In this document: positions 31,093 through 32,228 of the stretch, in pieces
How positions within the stretch are numbered: position 1 is the first letter of the stretch
Layout: each line of letters opens with the position of its first letter
NCBI GenBank assembly: GCA_964480575.1
Contig: CAYZPE010000004.1
Location: forward strand, 1-32,228
Origin: an uncultured Candidatus Saccharibacteria bacterium
GTDB lineage: Bacteria > Patescibacteriota > Minisyncoccia > Phycocordibacterales > CAYZPE01
Length of the DNA stretch: 32,228 nucleotides
Direction of reading: 5' to 3'
Translations under genes and position numbers: made by a program
The notes under the pieces: model-generated
The model's input: only the letters and a program-made list of their open reading frames with translations
Databases searched by the model: none
Told to the model about the DNA's origin: nothing

Positions 31093-31347
31093 ATGAACCT
31101 TCTTGAGTCGGCGAGTACTTCTTTGAGTCCTCTAAATATTCTTTCTTTTATTTCAAGTGGCAAAGCCCCATGGTTTTTTTTGGGTTTCATTTTTGTTATG
31201 TATGCCATCATAAGCTGTGTGCTTGTATATCACTGGAGGAGATACGGCATGAAAAGCCGTTTTATTCTTCTTGCAGAAATTATATATTTTTCAGTATCAC
31301 TTCCTCTCTTTGGTCTGGCTATTCTTTTTATAATCCTTATTCAATAA
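31093..31347 (+). CDS. Small integral membrane protein (84 aa, two predicted TM helices)
   Basis: Two hydrophobic stretches, WFFLGFIFVMYAIISCVLVY and ILLAEIIYFSVSLPLFGLAILFIILI. Its stop is adjacent to the next gene's start. Confidence 0.5.
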   Translation: MNLLESASTSLSPLNILSFISSGKAPWFFLGFIFVMYAIISCVLVYHWRRYGMKSRFILLAEIIYFSVSLPLFGLAILFIILIQ

Positions 31348-31348
31348 C

Positions 31349-31960
31349 ATGACCAAAGCACTTAATCTCGATCCAGGAGAAAGAATAATACTTGAGGTGC
31401 GAAAGCACTGGTTTGTTTTTCTGCCAGCGATACTTGCTTTTGTTGGGGGTACTCTTTTACCTCCCATCTTTTATTTAATTTGGAATAGCGGACTTGTTCC
31501 GGAAGTTGTACATTTTACACTTTCAGGAAACGCACTGTATCTGACACTCTTTGTATACACACTGTGGGTTCTTGGTTTATGGATCGCTTTTTTCCTGCAA
31601 TGGACCAACTACTATCTTGATGTCTGGTATGTAACCGATAAGCGTATTATTGATATTGATCAGAAGGGTATATTTCATCGCCAAATCTCAAATATTCGTT
31701 TCGATAAAATTCAGGACATTTCAATCGAGGTTCGTGGTGTTATTGCAACCTTTTTCAATTTTGGTGATATCCATGTTCAGACAGCTTCGGAAGATAGTAA
31801 AGAATTTTTTATTCGCAATGCAGCTGATCCAGAAAACGCAAAAAAGATAATCTTCTCCCAGTATCATGTTGTTTCGGAGCAAAACCAAAGAGTTAAAATT
31901 GTTAAAGATGGTGACGCAGGGCAAACAACTGAACCTCTATCAACTCCTCCAGTGGCCTAA
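31349..31960 (+). CDS. Membrane protein with a bacterial PH (bPH_2 / YdbS-YdbT-like) domain
   Basis: The layout is LDPGERIILEVRKHWFVF, two TM helices, then YYLDVWYVTDKRIIDIDQKG...IRFDKIQDISIE...FGDIHVQTAS. This is typical of bPH_2 proteins. Confidence 0.7.
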   Translation: MTKALNLDPGERIILEVRKHWFVFLPAILAFVGGTLLPPIFYLIWNSGLVPEVVHFTLSGNALYLTLFVYTLWVLGLWIAFFLQWTNYYLDVWYVTDKRIIDIDQKGIFHRQISNIRFDKIQDISIEVRGVIATFFNFGDIHVQTASEDSKEFFIRNAADPENAKKIIFSQYHVVSEQNQRVKIVKDGDAGQTTEPLSTPPVA

Positions 31961-32000
31961 TTTGCATACCGGGTTTGAGCGAGTTAGAATATGCTCTTAA

Positions 32001-32006
32001 TATAAT
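32001..32006 (+). promoter_or_regulatory. Consensus -10 TATAAT upstream of eno
   Basis: TATAAT at 32001-32006. The predicted TSS falls at the base of the 32014-32038 hairpin. Confidence 0.4.
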
Positions 32007-32013
32007 AAAAACA

Positions 32014-32228
<215 letters not shown>

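Overview
This is a gene-dense, AT-rich bacterial chromosomal window dominated by information-processing genes. In order: dnaE (5' end, minus strand), rnhB, rpmF, a NusB-Nudix fusion, rnc, a short SMC-like ATPase, rnr, rpsP, a KH-domain protein, trmD, rpoB, rpoC, dnaG, rpoD, a second small sigma factor, a UvrD-type helicase fused to a Cas4/AddB-type nuclease, a DsbA-like oxidoreductase, a ZIP transporter, uppP, a DEDD exonuclease, hisS, truB, a bPH_2 membrane protein and the 5' end of eno. Small proteins, domain fusions and missing operon members suggest a reduced genome of the Patescibacteria/CPR type. That is inference only and was not checked. I found no rRNA, tRNA, CRISPR array, transposase or integrase by eye. 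Five things look most worth following up. (1) At least ten core genes have a -10 (often TGn-extended) hexamer 6-9 nt upstream of the start codon and no Shine-Dalgarno, which is a leaderless-type layout. Every unassignable small ORF instead has a leader, a clear SD and more G/C-ending codons. (2) A one-gene cassette (457-966) is bracketed by a 27-bp perfect direct repeat that copies the upstream half of the rnhB promoter. (3) A promoter, structured leader and intrinsic terminator lie upstream of rpoB, with a 9-nt segment that could compete with the terminator. (4) An accessory-looking block (about 20953-22330) holds a second sigma factor and a convergent unknown gene, next to the helicase-nuclease. 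(5) Sequence-related hairpins flank rnc. All calls rest on motif-level reading of the supplied translations and manual inspection of the DNA. No searches or folding programs were run.
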